Below, piece after piece: positions 48,119 to 57,086 of a DNA stretch of 64,000 bases. This DNA comes from Pirellulales bacterium (GTDB taxonomy: Bacteria; Planctomycetota; Planctomycetia; Pirellulales; UBA1268): NCBI GenBank assembly GCA_040260935.1, contig JBDQOY010000194.1, positions 717 through 64,716 of the forward strand. The letters run 5' to 3'. The position numbers and the translations under genes are program-made. Positions within the stretch are counted from its first letter, which is position 1, and each line of letters starts with the position of its first letter. The notes below the pieces were generated by a model. That model searched no databases. It saw only the letters and a program-made list of their open reading frames with translations, and was not told where the DNA came from.

Positions 48119-49546
48119 GTGAATGCCATGGCCCACTTGCGAACGCTCGTTGTCTCGACGCTATGCGCTTTCTTCCTTCCTGCGGCCATGCTCCATGGCC
48201 AGGCGGCGGAGGTCGCCAAGCCGAATATCCTCTTCATCATGGTCGATGACCTCGGGAAGGACTGGGTCAGTTGCTACGGGGCGGATGACATCAAGACGCC
48301 GAACATCGATGCCCTCGCCGAAGGCGGGATGAAGTTTCATAACGCATACTCGATGGGATCATGCTCGCAGTCGCGGACAACGCTGCTGACCGGCAAGTAT
48401 CCCTATCGCACCGGGTGGGTCAGTCATTGGGATGTGCCGCGTTGGGGAGTTGGGTATTTCGATTGGAAGAAGACGGAAAACACCACGTTTGCCCGTCTCC
48501 TAAAAGATCTGGGCTATGCGACCTGTGCGGCAGGAAAGTGGCAGATCAATGATTTCCGGGTAGAGCCAGCTGCCTTGCGGAAGCATGGCTTCGATGACTG
48601 GGCGATGTGGACCGGCTTCGAGACCGGCAACCCACCGAGCGATAAGCGGTATCAAGATCCTTACATCAACACGCCGGAGGCTGGCAGCCGAACCTATGCC
48701 GGACAATTTGGTCCCGACATCTACACCGATCGGTTGATCGGGTTCATGCGGGCTCATCACAACGAGCCGATGATGCTTTACTGTCCGATGCCGCTGTTGC
48801 ACGGCCCATGGGTTGCTACACCAGACGAACCAAATGTGAGGAGCCGTTTGGACCGTCACAAAGCCATGGTCCGTTACGTCGACAAGTTGGTCGGCCAATT
48901 GGTGAACACGCTGAACGAGTTGGGTATTCGGGACCGCACCATTGTCTTTCTGGCCAGCGACAATGGGACCGATGCGAAGATCACCGGTTCACTGAATGGA
49001 CAGGCGGTCACGGGAGCAAAGGGCTCCCAGAGCGAGGCCGGGGTTTGTGGGCCCTTTCTTGTCAACTGCCCGGGGCTGGTGCCTGCAGGAATCGAAACGG
49101 ATGCCCTCACTGATTTGTCCGATATGTTGCCGACTTTTGTTGAGCTCGGTGGCGGGGCCGTGCCCGACAATCTGATTGTCGATGGAGTGTCGCTTGTTCC
49201 ACTTATCCTCGGGCAGAAGCAGGATTCTCCGCGTGAGTGGATCATGTCCCTGAGTTTTGGCTCTGGAACGTTGGACGAACAAGGTGTCCGGCCCCGCCGA
49301 GATTTTGGGCCCCGGGTGATTCGTGACAAGCGGTACAAGGTGTGGGTCTCCAGCAACAGGAAGATTGATCGGATGCACGATTTGGCGGAAGACCCCCTGG
49401 AAAAAGTGGATCTGCTTGGCAGCAAAGAGCCGGAGCACCAGCAGGCCCTCGCAAAGTTCGCACAGATCGTCGAATCACTTCCCGAAATAGATGGTCGTCC
49501 GCTGTACGTGCCGAGGGCACCGAACCCATGGGACAGAGGAAGATAG
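48119..49546 (+). CDS. sulfatase (arylsulfatase A family, S1) with a variant active-site motif
   Basis: KPNILFIMVDDLG..CSQSRTTLLTGKYP..GKWQ are sulfatase blocks, and a signal peptide is present. An in-frame ATG at 48128 is an alternative start. Confidence 0.85.
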   Translation: MNAMAHLRTLVVSTLCAFFLPAAMLHGQAAEVAKPNILFIMVDDLGKDWVSCYGADDIKTPNIDALAEGGMKFHNAYSMGSCSQSRTTLLTGKYPYRTGWVSHWDVPRWGVGYFDWKKTENTTFARLLKDLGYATCAAGKWQINDFRVEPAALRKHGFDDWAMWTGFETGNPPSDKRYQDPYINTPEAGSRTYAGQFGPDIYTDRLIGFMRAHHNEPMMLYCPMPLLHGPWVATPDEPNVRSRLDRHKAMVRYVDKLVGQLVNTLNELGIRDRTIVFLASDNGTDAKITGSLNGQAVTGAKGSQSEAGVCGPFLVNCPGLVPAGIETDALTDLSDMLPTFVELGGGAVPDNLIVDGVSLVPLILGQKQDSPREWIMSLSFGSGTLDEQGVRPRRDFGPRVIRDKRYKVWVSSNRKIDRMHDLAEDPLEKVDLLGSKEPEHQQALAKFAQIVESLPEIDGRPLYVPRAPNPWDRGR

Positions 49547-49675
49547 TGAAAAAGCCAAGTCATTTTTTGGCCTGAATCCAGTTCTCATGCTAGCCGTGCT
49601 CTTGTTATCGGTAGTAAACTAGTCACCGTCGTCAGCCCACACACTCAATGCAAAGGCTTGTAGGAAGAGCAACCA

Positions 49676-49975
49676 ATGAAACTCAATCGCGTGAAACTGA
49701 AAAAGTCATTGGCACTTATCAACGTCGCAGTGTTCGTTGCAGCAGTTGGATTTCTTCCGCGAAAAACTGGTGGCAGTTACTTTTGGGAGAATGAGTTTGA
49801 GCGATTTATCAAGCGGTATACCCACAACCTTCCTTATGCACAGATTCTGCTTGTGTGTGGCATCGCGCTGCTTGTCACGTTTGCAATTTATTTTTGGATC
49901 GATGCCTTTTGTGGTGAGGACAGGGAATCTGGCACGAATGCTTCGGAGCAAGCGATCCAACCAAAACAAGGCTAA
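49676..49975 (+). CDS. hypothetical small membrane protein (low-GC islet)
   Basis: There are two clear hydrophobic helices, LALINVAVFVAAVGFL and ILLVCGIALLVTFAIYFWI. GGAAGAG lies 6 nt upstream of the ATG. I recognised no homology. Confidence 0.45.
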   Translation: MKLNRVKLKKSLALINVAVFVAAVGFLPRKTGGSYFWENEFERFIKRYTHNLPYAQILLVCGIALLVTFAIYFWIDAFCGEDRESGTNASEQAIQPKQG

Positions 49976-50059
49976 GAGCCGGTTGCCTCATTGCTACGCC
50001 ATTCTTCCGTGGAAAAAAGAAGACGCGGTCTGTTTGGTCTTCCTTAAGAGGCTGTAGAA

Positions 50060-50383
50060 ATGACCGCTTTTGCGCGAACACGAGTCGCAGTGGGCTTTGC
50101 ATCAGCGTCTCTTGTTTTTTCGGCATGCACGTGGGCGTGGGTGCTTTGTCGCCCGGAAGAAACGTTTCATGATCAGGGTGGATTGGCAATAACGCTCATC
50201 TATTTTCCGGCCACATTCTGCACCTGGCTGGTATGTGCGATGCTTTCGGCTGGGCTGCTCTTCTTGGGTAACAGCAGGTCGATGGGCGTCGGCATCATGC
50301 AAAGAAGGAGGCTCCGCTGGATCGCGCTGGGTCTTGTCGCCCTTGGTTTGTGTTTGAGTGTTGGCACACTCATTCTGAGGTAA
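50060..50383 (+). CDS. hypothetical membrane protein (low-GC islet)
   Basis: The product has three to four hydrophobic segments. AAGAGG lies 8 nt upstream of the ATG. I recognised no homology. Confidence 0.4.
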   Translation: MTAFARTRVAVGFASASLVFSACTWAWVLCRPEETFHDQGGLAITLIYFPATFCTWLVCAMLSAGLLFLGNSRSMGVGIMQRRRLRWIALGLVALGLCLSVGTLILR

Positions 50384-50413
50384 GAAAGAAAAAGCCCAAG
50401 GGGAATTCTCACA

Positions 50414-50713
50414 ATGTTCGACTACGTCCGGACCGCGAATCGGCAAGCGTGGGAGGCAATGTCAACTGCATCGAGGCTTGGGGCCGTGGGCTTGACGGCT
50501 GTGAGTTTGAGTGTGTCAGCGATAACGTTCTATGAATTCTGCTATGTAGCGCATATGGCTGCAGGTGTTTTCCTGATTGCAGCGGCCCTTCTCTTTTGGA
50601 TTTTTGCTTTTCCGGGACCGTTGAATTCACTGTATGCAGGGGTGATCACTGCAGTTCGAGAGTTCACTGGCCGCTCGATGCCGCCCTGCCAGAAATATCC
50701 ACAGTCACGCTAG
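50414..50713 (+). CDS. hypothetical membrane protein (low-GC islet)
   Basis: Hydrophobic helices include LGAVGLTAVSLSVSAITF and AAGVFLIAAALLFWIFAF. AAGGGG lies upstream of the ATG. Confidence 0.4.
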   Translation: MFDYVRTANRQAWEAMSTASRLGAVGLTAVSLSVSAITFYEFCYVAHMAAGVFLIAAALLFWIFAFPGPLNSLYAGVITAVREFTGRSMPPCQKYPQSR

Positions 50714-50821
50714 ACTGTAATTGGGTGATGCTGAAGCCGAGCTTGCGAAGGTTGGGCGAGAGCTTAGTCGGGGTTGCTTTAGGCGTAAGGGCAACGCCTC
50801 GATATGTCGGAGGAGCCAAGC

Positions 50822-51538
50822 ATGGAAACTTCTATTGGGATTGGTGTCCTCTGCTGCTTTTTGATGATCTTCGTTGTGGCTATCGTCGCGGGAAAGCGAC
50901 ATGCCCGGGCGATGAAGGCCTTTGCCGAATCAATAGGCTTTTCGTACGTGCCACATGCGGAAGACGACGAGGAATTCCTTCGGCCATTCAGCCGCCTGCC
51001 GCTTTTCTCACTCGGGCGTGAACGGGACGTGTGGAACATGATGACAGGAAAGGTCAACAATTGTCATGTCACGATCCTTGATTTTCGATATAGCTACAAC
51101 ACCGCGAGTAGACAATCTATCGGTGAAGTATTGACCCAAACGGTCGTTGTCCTTGACTTACCGCAGCAAGACATACCAACGTTCTCACTTCGCCCACACC
51201 GTCGTAAAGACGAAGTAGGCAAAAATCTTTTTTCCGCATTAATACCCGGGCTTGCCGAGCTGACGCCGGAGGATATCGACTTTCCCGCCCATCCAGTATT
51301 TTCAGACTACTATCTCCTCCACGGAACGCGAAAAAACGAGGCGGCAGTCCGAAGCCTCTTTCGTGACGATGTCATCGAGTACTTTGAGAACCACAGGGGG
51401 CTCTGTGCTGACGGAGGAGGCACCCAGGTTGCGTGTTACACGCGAGGCAAAGAGCTTTCGCCCAAGGACATCATGCCACTTCTGAACCAGGCTGTTGAAG
51501 TGAGCAAGCTTCTTCGCGCCGCCGACGCTTCGTTTTGA
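50822..51538 (+). CDS. hypothetical N-terminally anchored protein (low-GC islet; possible distant DUF3137-like layout)
   Basis: The METSIGIGVLCCFLMIFVVAIVAG anchor is followed by a ~210-aa soluble domain. GGAGGA lies 7 nt upstream of ATG 50822. The ORF track starts at 50804. Confidence 0.5.
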   Translation: METSIGIGVLCCFLMIFVVAIVAGKRHARAMKAFAESIGFSYVPHAEDDEEFLRPFSRLPLFSLGRERDVWNMMTGKVNNCHVTILDFRYSYNTASRQSIGEVLTQTVVVLDLPQQDIPTFSLRPHRRKDEVGKNLFSALIPGLAELTPEDIDFPAHPVFSDYYLLHGTRKNEAAVRSLFRDDVIEYFENHRGLCADGGGTQVACYTRGKELSPKDIMPLLNQAVEVSKLLRAADASF

Positions 51539-51572
51539 CGGCAGCTGTCCCGGCGTGTGGGAGCAGTCGCCG

Positions 51573-51812
51573 TCAGGGGTGGTTGGGGTCGTCAGCGACC
51601 ACTGCGTGGACGATCAGTTTCACCAGCGGTGAGACCAGTGCGATGGTCGGCCAGGCAATCACCCACGAGACTGCCCAGGCTTGGAGCCATGCTAGCACTA
51701 GGTCTGGCCTGAGGCCCCGGTGCAGCAGCGTGATAACGAGTGACATCAGGCCGGACATGAGCACGGACATCACGAACGAAAAGACCAGGCCGGCATAGCG
51801 TGAGGGCAGCAT
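51573..51812 (-). CDS. DUF2798 domain-containing membrane protein
   Basis: MLPSRYAGLVFSFVMSVLMSGLMSLVIT..WLQAWAVSWVIAWP follows the DUF2798 pattern. I set the start at the internal Met. The longest ORF reaches 51884. Confidence 0.6.
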   Translation of the reverse strand: MLPSRYAGLVFSFVMSVLMSGLMSLVITLLHRGLRPDLVLAWLQAWAVSWVIAWPTIALVSPLVKLIVHAVVADDPNHP

Positions 51813-51852
51813 CGTCTCTCTGCAGTCTGGCTGGCTCCGCTGGCTGGCTCCG

Positions 51853-52809
51853 TTAGTTGCTGGCGGCCTTTCCCTGTCGATCATGCCGAGGCTGAATCAC
51901 GTTGGTGGCGAGGCCCACGCTCTTGAGCAGCAGAATGAAGTAGTAGGTCACGTCAAATTCCCACCAGCGATGCTGCACGCTGGCACTCGCTGGGTCGTGG
52001 TGATGGTTGTTGTGCCAGCCTTCCCCCATCGCCAGCAGGGCCACCAGCCAGTTGTTCCGGCTGTCTTCACCCGTGGTGTAGGTGCGGTAGCCAAACAGGT
52101 GTGTCAGTGAATTGACGCTCCAGGTGATGTGCCAGACCAGGACGGTCCGCAGGAACACGCCCCAGACGACCCAACTGGCGGCGAGTTGTGTGGCCAAATG
52201 CCAGTCATGGTTGAGAAGGTATCCGACCAGCAGGCCTGTTAACCCAAACAGCGCCGCGTGAGCCAAATAAATCCAGAGGGTAGCCGTCGGGTGTCGTTCA
52301 AGCGTGCGGTAATACTTGTCCGCGAGGATATCGCGAGCGTAGCGATCCAGGAAGGCGAGCGATCGCCGTTGTGGTGCTGGCCGAAAGAGCCAGCCCATGT
52401 GGGACCAGACAATGCCGTCCCGGGGTGAATGAGGGTCGGGCTCGGTATCGGAGTGGCAGTGATGCAGCCGATGATTGGCCACCCAGCGAGCCGGCGTGTC
52501 TTCAAGTGAGCAGAGGGCAAAGGTGGCCAGGATGCGTTCCAGCCATTGCGGGACCGCCAGGCTGCGATGGCTCAGCAGCCGGTGATAGCAGAGATTGATG
52601 CCCAGCGTGCCGAAGACCATCGTACCGATGAGTGCCAGGGCCACCCCCGACCAACTGAAGCACCAGGGAAGGATCACGAGCCCGGCAAGCAGATGCACCG
52701 TCGCGATGGGAACGAGGTATTCCCAATGGATAGCGTGCCGGGCTGGGCCTGGCGAATGGACGGACGAAGCCACGGGTTGAAAGAGGTTGAGGGCGTCGTC
52801 GCCCGACAT
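51853..52809 (-). CDS. acyl-CoA/acyl-lipid delta-9-type fatty acid desaturase
   Basis: Three histidine boxes are present: HRLLSH, HRLHHCHSD and HNNHHHDP. I set the start at MSGDDALNLF (ATG 52807-52809). The longest ORF reaches 53082, which would overlap selO. Confidence 0.85.
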   Translation of the reverse strand: MSGDDALNLFQPVASSVHSPGPARHAIHWEYLVPIATVHLLAGLVILPWCFSWSGVALALIGTMVFGTLGINLCYHRLLSHRSLAVPQWLERILATFALCSLEDTPARWVANHRLHHCHSDTEPDPHSPRDGIVWSHMGWLFRPAPQRRSLAFLDRYARDILADKYYRTLERHPTATLWIYLAHAALFGLTGLLVGYLLNHDWHLATQLAASWVVWGVFLRTVLVWHITWSVNSLTHLFGYRTYTTGEDSRNNWLVALLAMGEGWHNNHHHDPASASVQHRWWEFDVTYYFILLLKSVGLATNVIQPRHDRQGKAASN

Positions 52810-52978
52810 TGCGTCTGGGATATCGAAGTATCTCAGTGTTCGAAGGAAACCACAACGATGCAGCGTCTGCTTGCCGGAAAAGCACTGCCTTGTGGGCATC
52901 AAGCCGCTGCATGGCTGTTTCCTGCTGCAGGCATCGGTCATCAGGGGCCGCAGGTGGCCGGTCGCGACACTTGCCCGG

Positions 52979-54460
52979 TTAGGTTCCGCAAAAGGTACAG
53001 TACGCGGGGCTCCCGGCTGGGGCACCGGCGCGATAGGCCTCATTCGCTGGCGTCTCACAGAACGGCTTGCTGATGACCTCAAGCAGGCGTAGCGTCGGTG
53101 CGAGATCCCCGGCCTCTGCGGCGGTAAGGGCTTCTTCCACCCGCAGATTGCGGGGAATGATCACCGGGTTGGCCGCACGCATCTGCCTGGAAGCCTCGCC
53201 CGGTGCACCTGGCTCCCGTGCCAGGCGCTCGTGCCACCGTGCCAGCCAGGGGGTAAAGGCTGGGGCCAGTGGTGATGCCAGCGAGCCCGGCTGGGCTTCC
53301 AGCTGAGCAGCGAGCGCGACGAAGCTGGTAGTGAAGTCAGACTCTGTCTCCTGCAGCACTGCCAGGAACGCCGCATAGAGGTCCGCGTCGCCCGCGTCCT
53401 GGGTTGTCAGTCCCAACTTGGCCCGGGCACCGGCCAGCAGGTGCCGCCCGTAGCGCTCAGGGAATGTGCGGAGGATCGCCACCAGCTTTTCAATTGCCTG
53501 CTCCTGCTCACCCTGCACCAACGGCAGCAGACTCTCCGCCAGTCGAGCCAGATTCCACTGGGCGATGGTCGGCTGCTGGGCATACGCGTACCGCCCCCCA
53601 TGGTCGATCGAACTGAACACCGTGTCGGGGTGATAGACATCAAGAAAGGCACAGGGGCCGTAGTCAATCGTCTCGCCCGACACGGTCATGTTGTCGGTGT
53701 TCATCACGCCATGAACGAAGCCGACGAGCATCCAGCGGGCAATCAGGCTGGCCTGCCGCTCGACCACCTCATCAAGGAAGGCCAGGGCTGGCTCCTCAGC
53801 CTGCTGCAGGTCAGGGGCATGCCGGGCGATTGTGTAATCGAGCAAGACAGCGAGCAGGTCGGGTCTCCCAAGGGCTGCGGCATACTGAAAGGTGCCAACC
53901 CGGATGTGGCTGGCGGCTACCCGGGTGAGGACTGCCCCGGGCAGCGGCCGGTCGCGGAGCACGCTTTCCCCAGTCGCTGCCACTGCCAGACTGCGGGTGG
54001 TGGGAATGCCGAGGGCATACATGCCTTCGCTGATGATGTACTCCCGCAGCATCGGTCCGAGTACGGCCCGGCCATCGCCGCCCCGGGAATACCGGGTCCG
54101 GCCCGAGCCCTTCAGCTGGATGTCATATCGCAGGCCTGCTGGCGTCCGCTGCTCACCAAGCAGGAGTGCCCGGCCATCACCGAGAGTGGTGAAGTGTCCA
54201 AACTGATGGCCCGCATACGCCTGGGCGATCGGGTCGGCTCCCGGGGGAAGGTCGTTCCCAGCAAAAACTGCCACCCCTCCGTGCCGCAGGACATCGGCAT
54301 CAAGTCCGAGGTCTGCAGCCAGCGGATCATTGAGCATGGTGAGGGCCGCAAACCGTACTGGCAGCAGCTTTTCTCGGGTGAAGAGTGCTTCGGGCAGCTG
54401 ACTGTAACTGTGTTCAAGGTTCCAGCCGGCATTCCCGCCGGGGCCATTCACTGTGGTCAT
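52979..54460 (-). CDS. selO: protein adenylyltransferase SelO (YdiU family)
   Basis: AQAYAGHQFGHFTTLGDGRALLLGE, HGVMNTDNMTVSGETIDYGP and the C-terminal CTFCGT are typical of SelO. The product is 493 aa. Confidence 0.9.
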   Translation of the reverse strand: MTTVNGPGGNAGWNLEHSYSQLPEALFTREKLLPVRFAALTMLNDPLAADLGLDADVLRHGGVAVFAGNDLPPGADPIAQAYAGHQFGHFTTLGDGRALLLGEQRTPAGLRYDIQLKGSGRTRYSRGGDGRAVLGPMLREYIISEGMYALGIPTTRSLAVAATGESVLRDRPLPGAVLTRVAASHIRVGTFQYAAALGRPDLLAVLLDYTIARHAPDLQQAEEPALAFLDEVVERQASLIARWMLVGFVHGVMNTDNMTVSGETIDYGPCAFLDVYHPDTVFSSIDHGGRYAYAQQPTIAQWNLARLAESLLPLVQGEQEQAIEKLVAILRTFPERYGRHLLAGARAKLGLTTQDAGDADLYAAFLAVLQETESDFTTSFVALAAQLEAQPGSLASPLAPAFTPWLARWHERLAREPGAPGEASRQMRAANPVIIPRNLRVEEALTAAEAGDLAPTLRLLEVISKPFCETPANEAYRAGAPAGSPAYCTFCGT

Positions 54461-54859
54461 ATCCGTCCCACCAAAGAATCTAGGGTCCTACAGGTGTCGA
54501 CCGCTCCACCGCTGACAGGACAAGCAGTCGAGCACGCTTTCGCTTCCTCCACTGTAACCCGTTCAACTCGTTCTGCCCGCCGCCATTGCCTCAGCACGCA
54601 GAGCATGGTAGTGTTCACGGAACGGAAGTGATGCAGGCAAACGCCCCGCAGTTTGAGTGGGAGGAAGTTGCCGCGATCGCCATCTCTCGATGCGACCGAT
54701 GGTCTGTGATGAGCGTTTCTCGCAAACGTTTCTCCCCTCCACCATCTTTTGACCGGGTAGCCAACGATCCATCGCACGGATCCCGGTGTGTCTCCGTCTG
54801 TTAGACGGCACCGTGCCACCCGCCTTCCGTAGCCTGTCCGCCCGAGCGGTGACCATGCC

Positions 54860-56278
54860 TTGGTCGAACTGCGGGAGGACTCCACTGAAAGCACTCTCGT
54901 GAGCACTATCGACTCGACTCCAGGAACATTCTCCGAACTTGGCCTCTCGGCCCCGCTGCTCCGCAGCTTGGCAGATGAGGGCTACACCACTCCAACTCCG
55001 ATCCAGGCCAAAGCCATTCCGCACATCCTCGACGGCCGTGATCTGTTCGGCTGCGCCCAGACGGGAACTGGCAAGACAGCCGCCTTTGCCCTGCCGCTGA
55101 TCGAGCAGATGCGGGCGAAGGCGACGCAGCCTGCTCCCCGCCGCTGTCGTACGCTGGTCCTTGCCCCCACCCGTGAACTGGCGGCCCAAATTCACGAGAG
55201 TTTTCTCGCCTACGGAAGACACTGCGGTATCCAGGCTGCCGTTATCTACGGCGGGGTGGGGCAACAGCGGCAGGCCAGGGCGATGCTCAAGGGCGTCGAC
55301 GTGCTGGTGGCTACGCCTGGCCGGCTGCTCGATCTCATCACGCAGCGGCTGGTCGACATCCGCCAGGTTGAGTTTCTCGTGCTCGATGAGGCTGACCGTA
55401 TGCTCGACATGGGGTTCATCCACGACATGCGGCGGATCATCGCCATGCTGCCCACCCAGCGACAGACCCTCTTCTTTTCGGCCACGCTGCCCAAGGCTGT
55501 TCGGCAGCTCGCCGACTCGATGCTGCAGAATCCGCTGGAGATCAAAACCGCACCGCAATCGTCTCCCGCCGAGACCGTCAGCCAATCAGTCTTCCATGTG
55601 CCGAAACGGGAGAAGAAATCACTGCTGATCAAACTGCTGCAAGAAGAAGCAACCGGACGAGTGATTGTCTTTGCACGGACCAAGCACGGTGCCGACAAGC
55701 TGCAACGCGACCTGACCCGGGCCGGCATTCCGACCGCAGCAATCCACGGCAATAAATCACAGCCACAACGCGAGCGGGCGTTGGCAGCCTTCAAGTCGAC
55801 AGAGCCGCCGGTGCTGGTTGCTACTGACATTGCTGCCCGAGGTATCGATGTTGATGAAGTGGCTCATGTGATCAACTATGAACTCCCACATGAACCGGAG
55901 ACCTACGTTCATCGGATTGGCCGAACTGGCCGCGCCGGCCAGGTCGGCGCGGCGGTGAGTTTCTGCGACGCCGAAGAACAGCCCCGGCTGGTGGCGATTG
56001 AGCGTCTTCTACGGCGGGCAATCCCTGCCCGGAACAAACTGGCTGCGGCAACGACCACCAGCAGACCAGCGCAGGCTGACCAGCCAAACCGGACGCAGAG
56101 CCAGCAATCCCGACGTGGCAAGAGCAGCCGTTCCGCCGGGCAGCGGCCTCGCAGGCGGCCTGCCGCCCAACCGCAAGCTGACCGCTCGGCCCGCGCTCCG
56201 GCGGCCTCGCCAGGGGCCACCCCGCTGACCACGGCCGGCTCTCGCGGGGGCCGCAGCAGGCATCGACGGGCGTTGTGA
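54860..56278 (+). CDS. DEAD-box ATP-dependent RNA helicase (RhlE-like) with a basic low-complexity C-terminal tail
   Basis: The Q motif TPTPIQ, AQTGTGKT, the DEAD box (LDEAD), SAT, and ARGID/HRIGRTGRAG are all present. A TTG start at 54860 and a GTG at 54900 are both possible. Confidence 0.9.
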   Translation: MVELREDSTESTLVSTIDSTPGTFSELGLSAPLLRSLADEGYTTPTPIQAKAIPHILDGRDLFGCAQTGTGKTAAFALPLIEQMRAKATQPAPRRCRTLVLAPTRELAAQIHESFLAYGRHCGIQAAVIYGGVGQQRQARAMLKGVDVLVATPGRLLDLITQRLVDIRQVEFLVLDEADRMLDMGFIHDMRRIIAMLPTQRQTLFFSATLPKAVRQLADSMLQNPLEIKTAPQSSPAETVSQSVFHVPKREKKSLLIKLLQEEATGRVIVFARTKHGADKLQRDLTRAGIPTAAIHGNKSQPQRERALAAFKSTEPPVLVATDIAARGIDVDEVAHVINYELPHEPETYVHRIGRTGRAGQVGAAVSFCDAEEQPRLVAIERLLRRAIPARNKLAAATTTSRPAQADQPNRTQSQQSRRGKSSRSAGQRPRRRPAAQPQADRSARAPAASPGATPLTTAGSRGGRSRHRRAL

Positions 56279-56345
56279 CGGGACGCACGGTCGCTGCTCC
56301 TCCAGGTTTCTCAGCCACAACACCTCACCTGTTTCGCGTGCCGCC

Positions 56346-56768
56346 ATGACAACGAATGGGATACGCCATGTCTTTGTTTATGGAACCTTGCGGCCAGCGC
56401 TGGCGACAGGCGAGCCCAGCATGCTGATCGCCTCCCTTCAGCAGGACGGCCCTGCCACGGTCAGAGGGCAGCTATTTGATCTTGGTGATTATCCAGGCCT
56501 CGTTGATGGGCCCGGAAGCGTGTACGGTGACCTGCTGCTGGTTGAAACGACGGCTCACTTGACGAGCCTTGATGCCTACGAAGAATGCGACCCAGCCTGC
56601 CCGCTGTATCGTCGCGAGACGACAACTGCCCGCCGTCCAGATGGCCAGGAGGTGACAGCGTGGGTCTACCGCTACTGTCGCTCGCTCAGGGACGCTGTGC
56701 CGATTCCTTCTGGAGACTACCTCTGCTACCGGACGGGTGGCGGAGGCAGCGCGGCCCCAAGCCGGTAG
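56346..56768 (+). CDS. gamma-glutamylcyclotransferase (AIG2-like) family protein
   Basis: The VFVYGTLRP N-terminal motif and the 140-aa size are typical of the family. Confidence 0.7.
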   Translation: MTTNGIRHVFVYGTLRPALATGEPSMLIASLQQDGPATVRGQLFDLGDYPGLVDGPGSVYGDLLLVETTAHLTSLDAYEECDPACPLYRRETTTARRPDGQEVTAWVYRYCRSLRDAVPIPSGDYLCYRTGGGGSAAPSR

Positions 56769-56899
56769 GGCACGCCGGGCTTTGGCTGCGGGGTTTCAAG
56801 GCACTTGCGCTGGCCGGCTGCCACCTTTTTGGGCGACAGACAGAAAACGCTTGCACCGCCTACCCCAATTTTTATGATGCAGTTGAGGTTCTCAAAGGT

Positions 56900-56914
56900 T
56901 GGCATGTTTTTTGC
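56900..56914 (+). promoter_or_regulatory. sigma-54 (-24/-12) type promoter candidate upstream of glnII
   Basis: The sequence is TGGCAT-gtttt-TTGC, which gives the exact GG-N10-GC geometry of the consensus TGGCAC-N5-TTGC. It lies about 170 nt upstream of the glnII ATG. Confidence 0.45.
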
Positions 56915-57086
56915 GGTCGTTGCATTCGTTGCCTGAGGCTTTCCAGACACCGACGAGGCGGCTGCATGTGCCCCGATTCTTTGGGTACTCTCAGCCCTGC
57001 CGGGTATGCAGGTCGATGTCGCGTCGTCCTGCAGTCGTCAGGCTCTTAGTTTTCAGCCCCTCTAGAAGTAAGGACGAGCTTCAGTC

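Noticed and set aside
47852-51540. A tRNA-Arg-anchored genomic island covering the sulfatase gene and the low-GC islet.
   Set aside because: The sulfatase gene has normal high GC. I saw no integrase or recombinase. I found no direct repeat of the tRNA 3' end (GGTTCGAATCCTGCCGGGGGTA) at the distal boundary near 51540. The islet is therefore reported on compositional grounds only.
56769-57086. A glutamine (glnA-motif) riboswitch or an NtcA GTA-N8-TAC site upstream of glnII.
   Set aside because: I could not find the conserved glnA-RNA core or a properly spaced GTA..TAC palindrome. Only the sigma-54-like element is supported.
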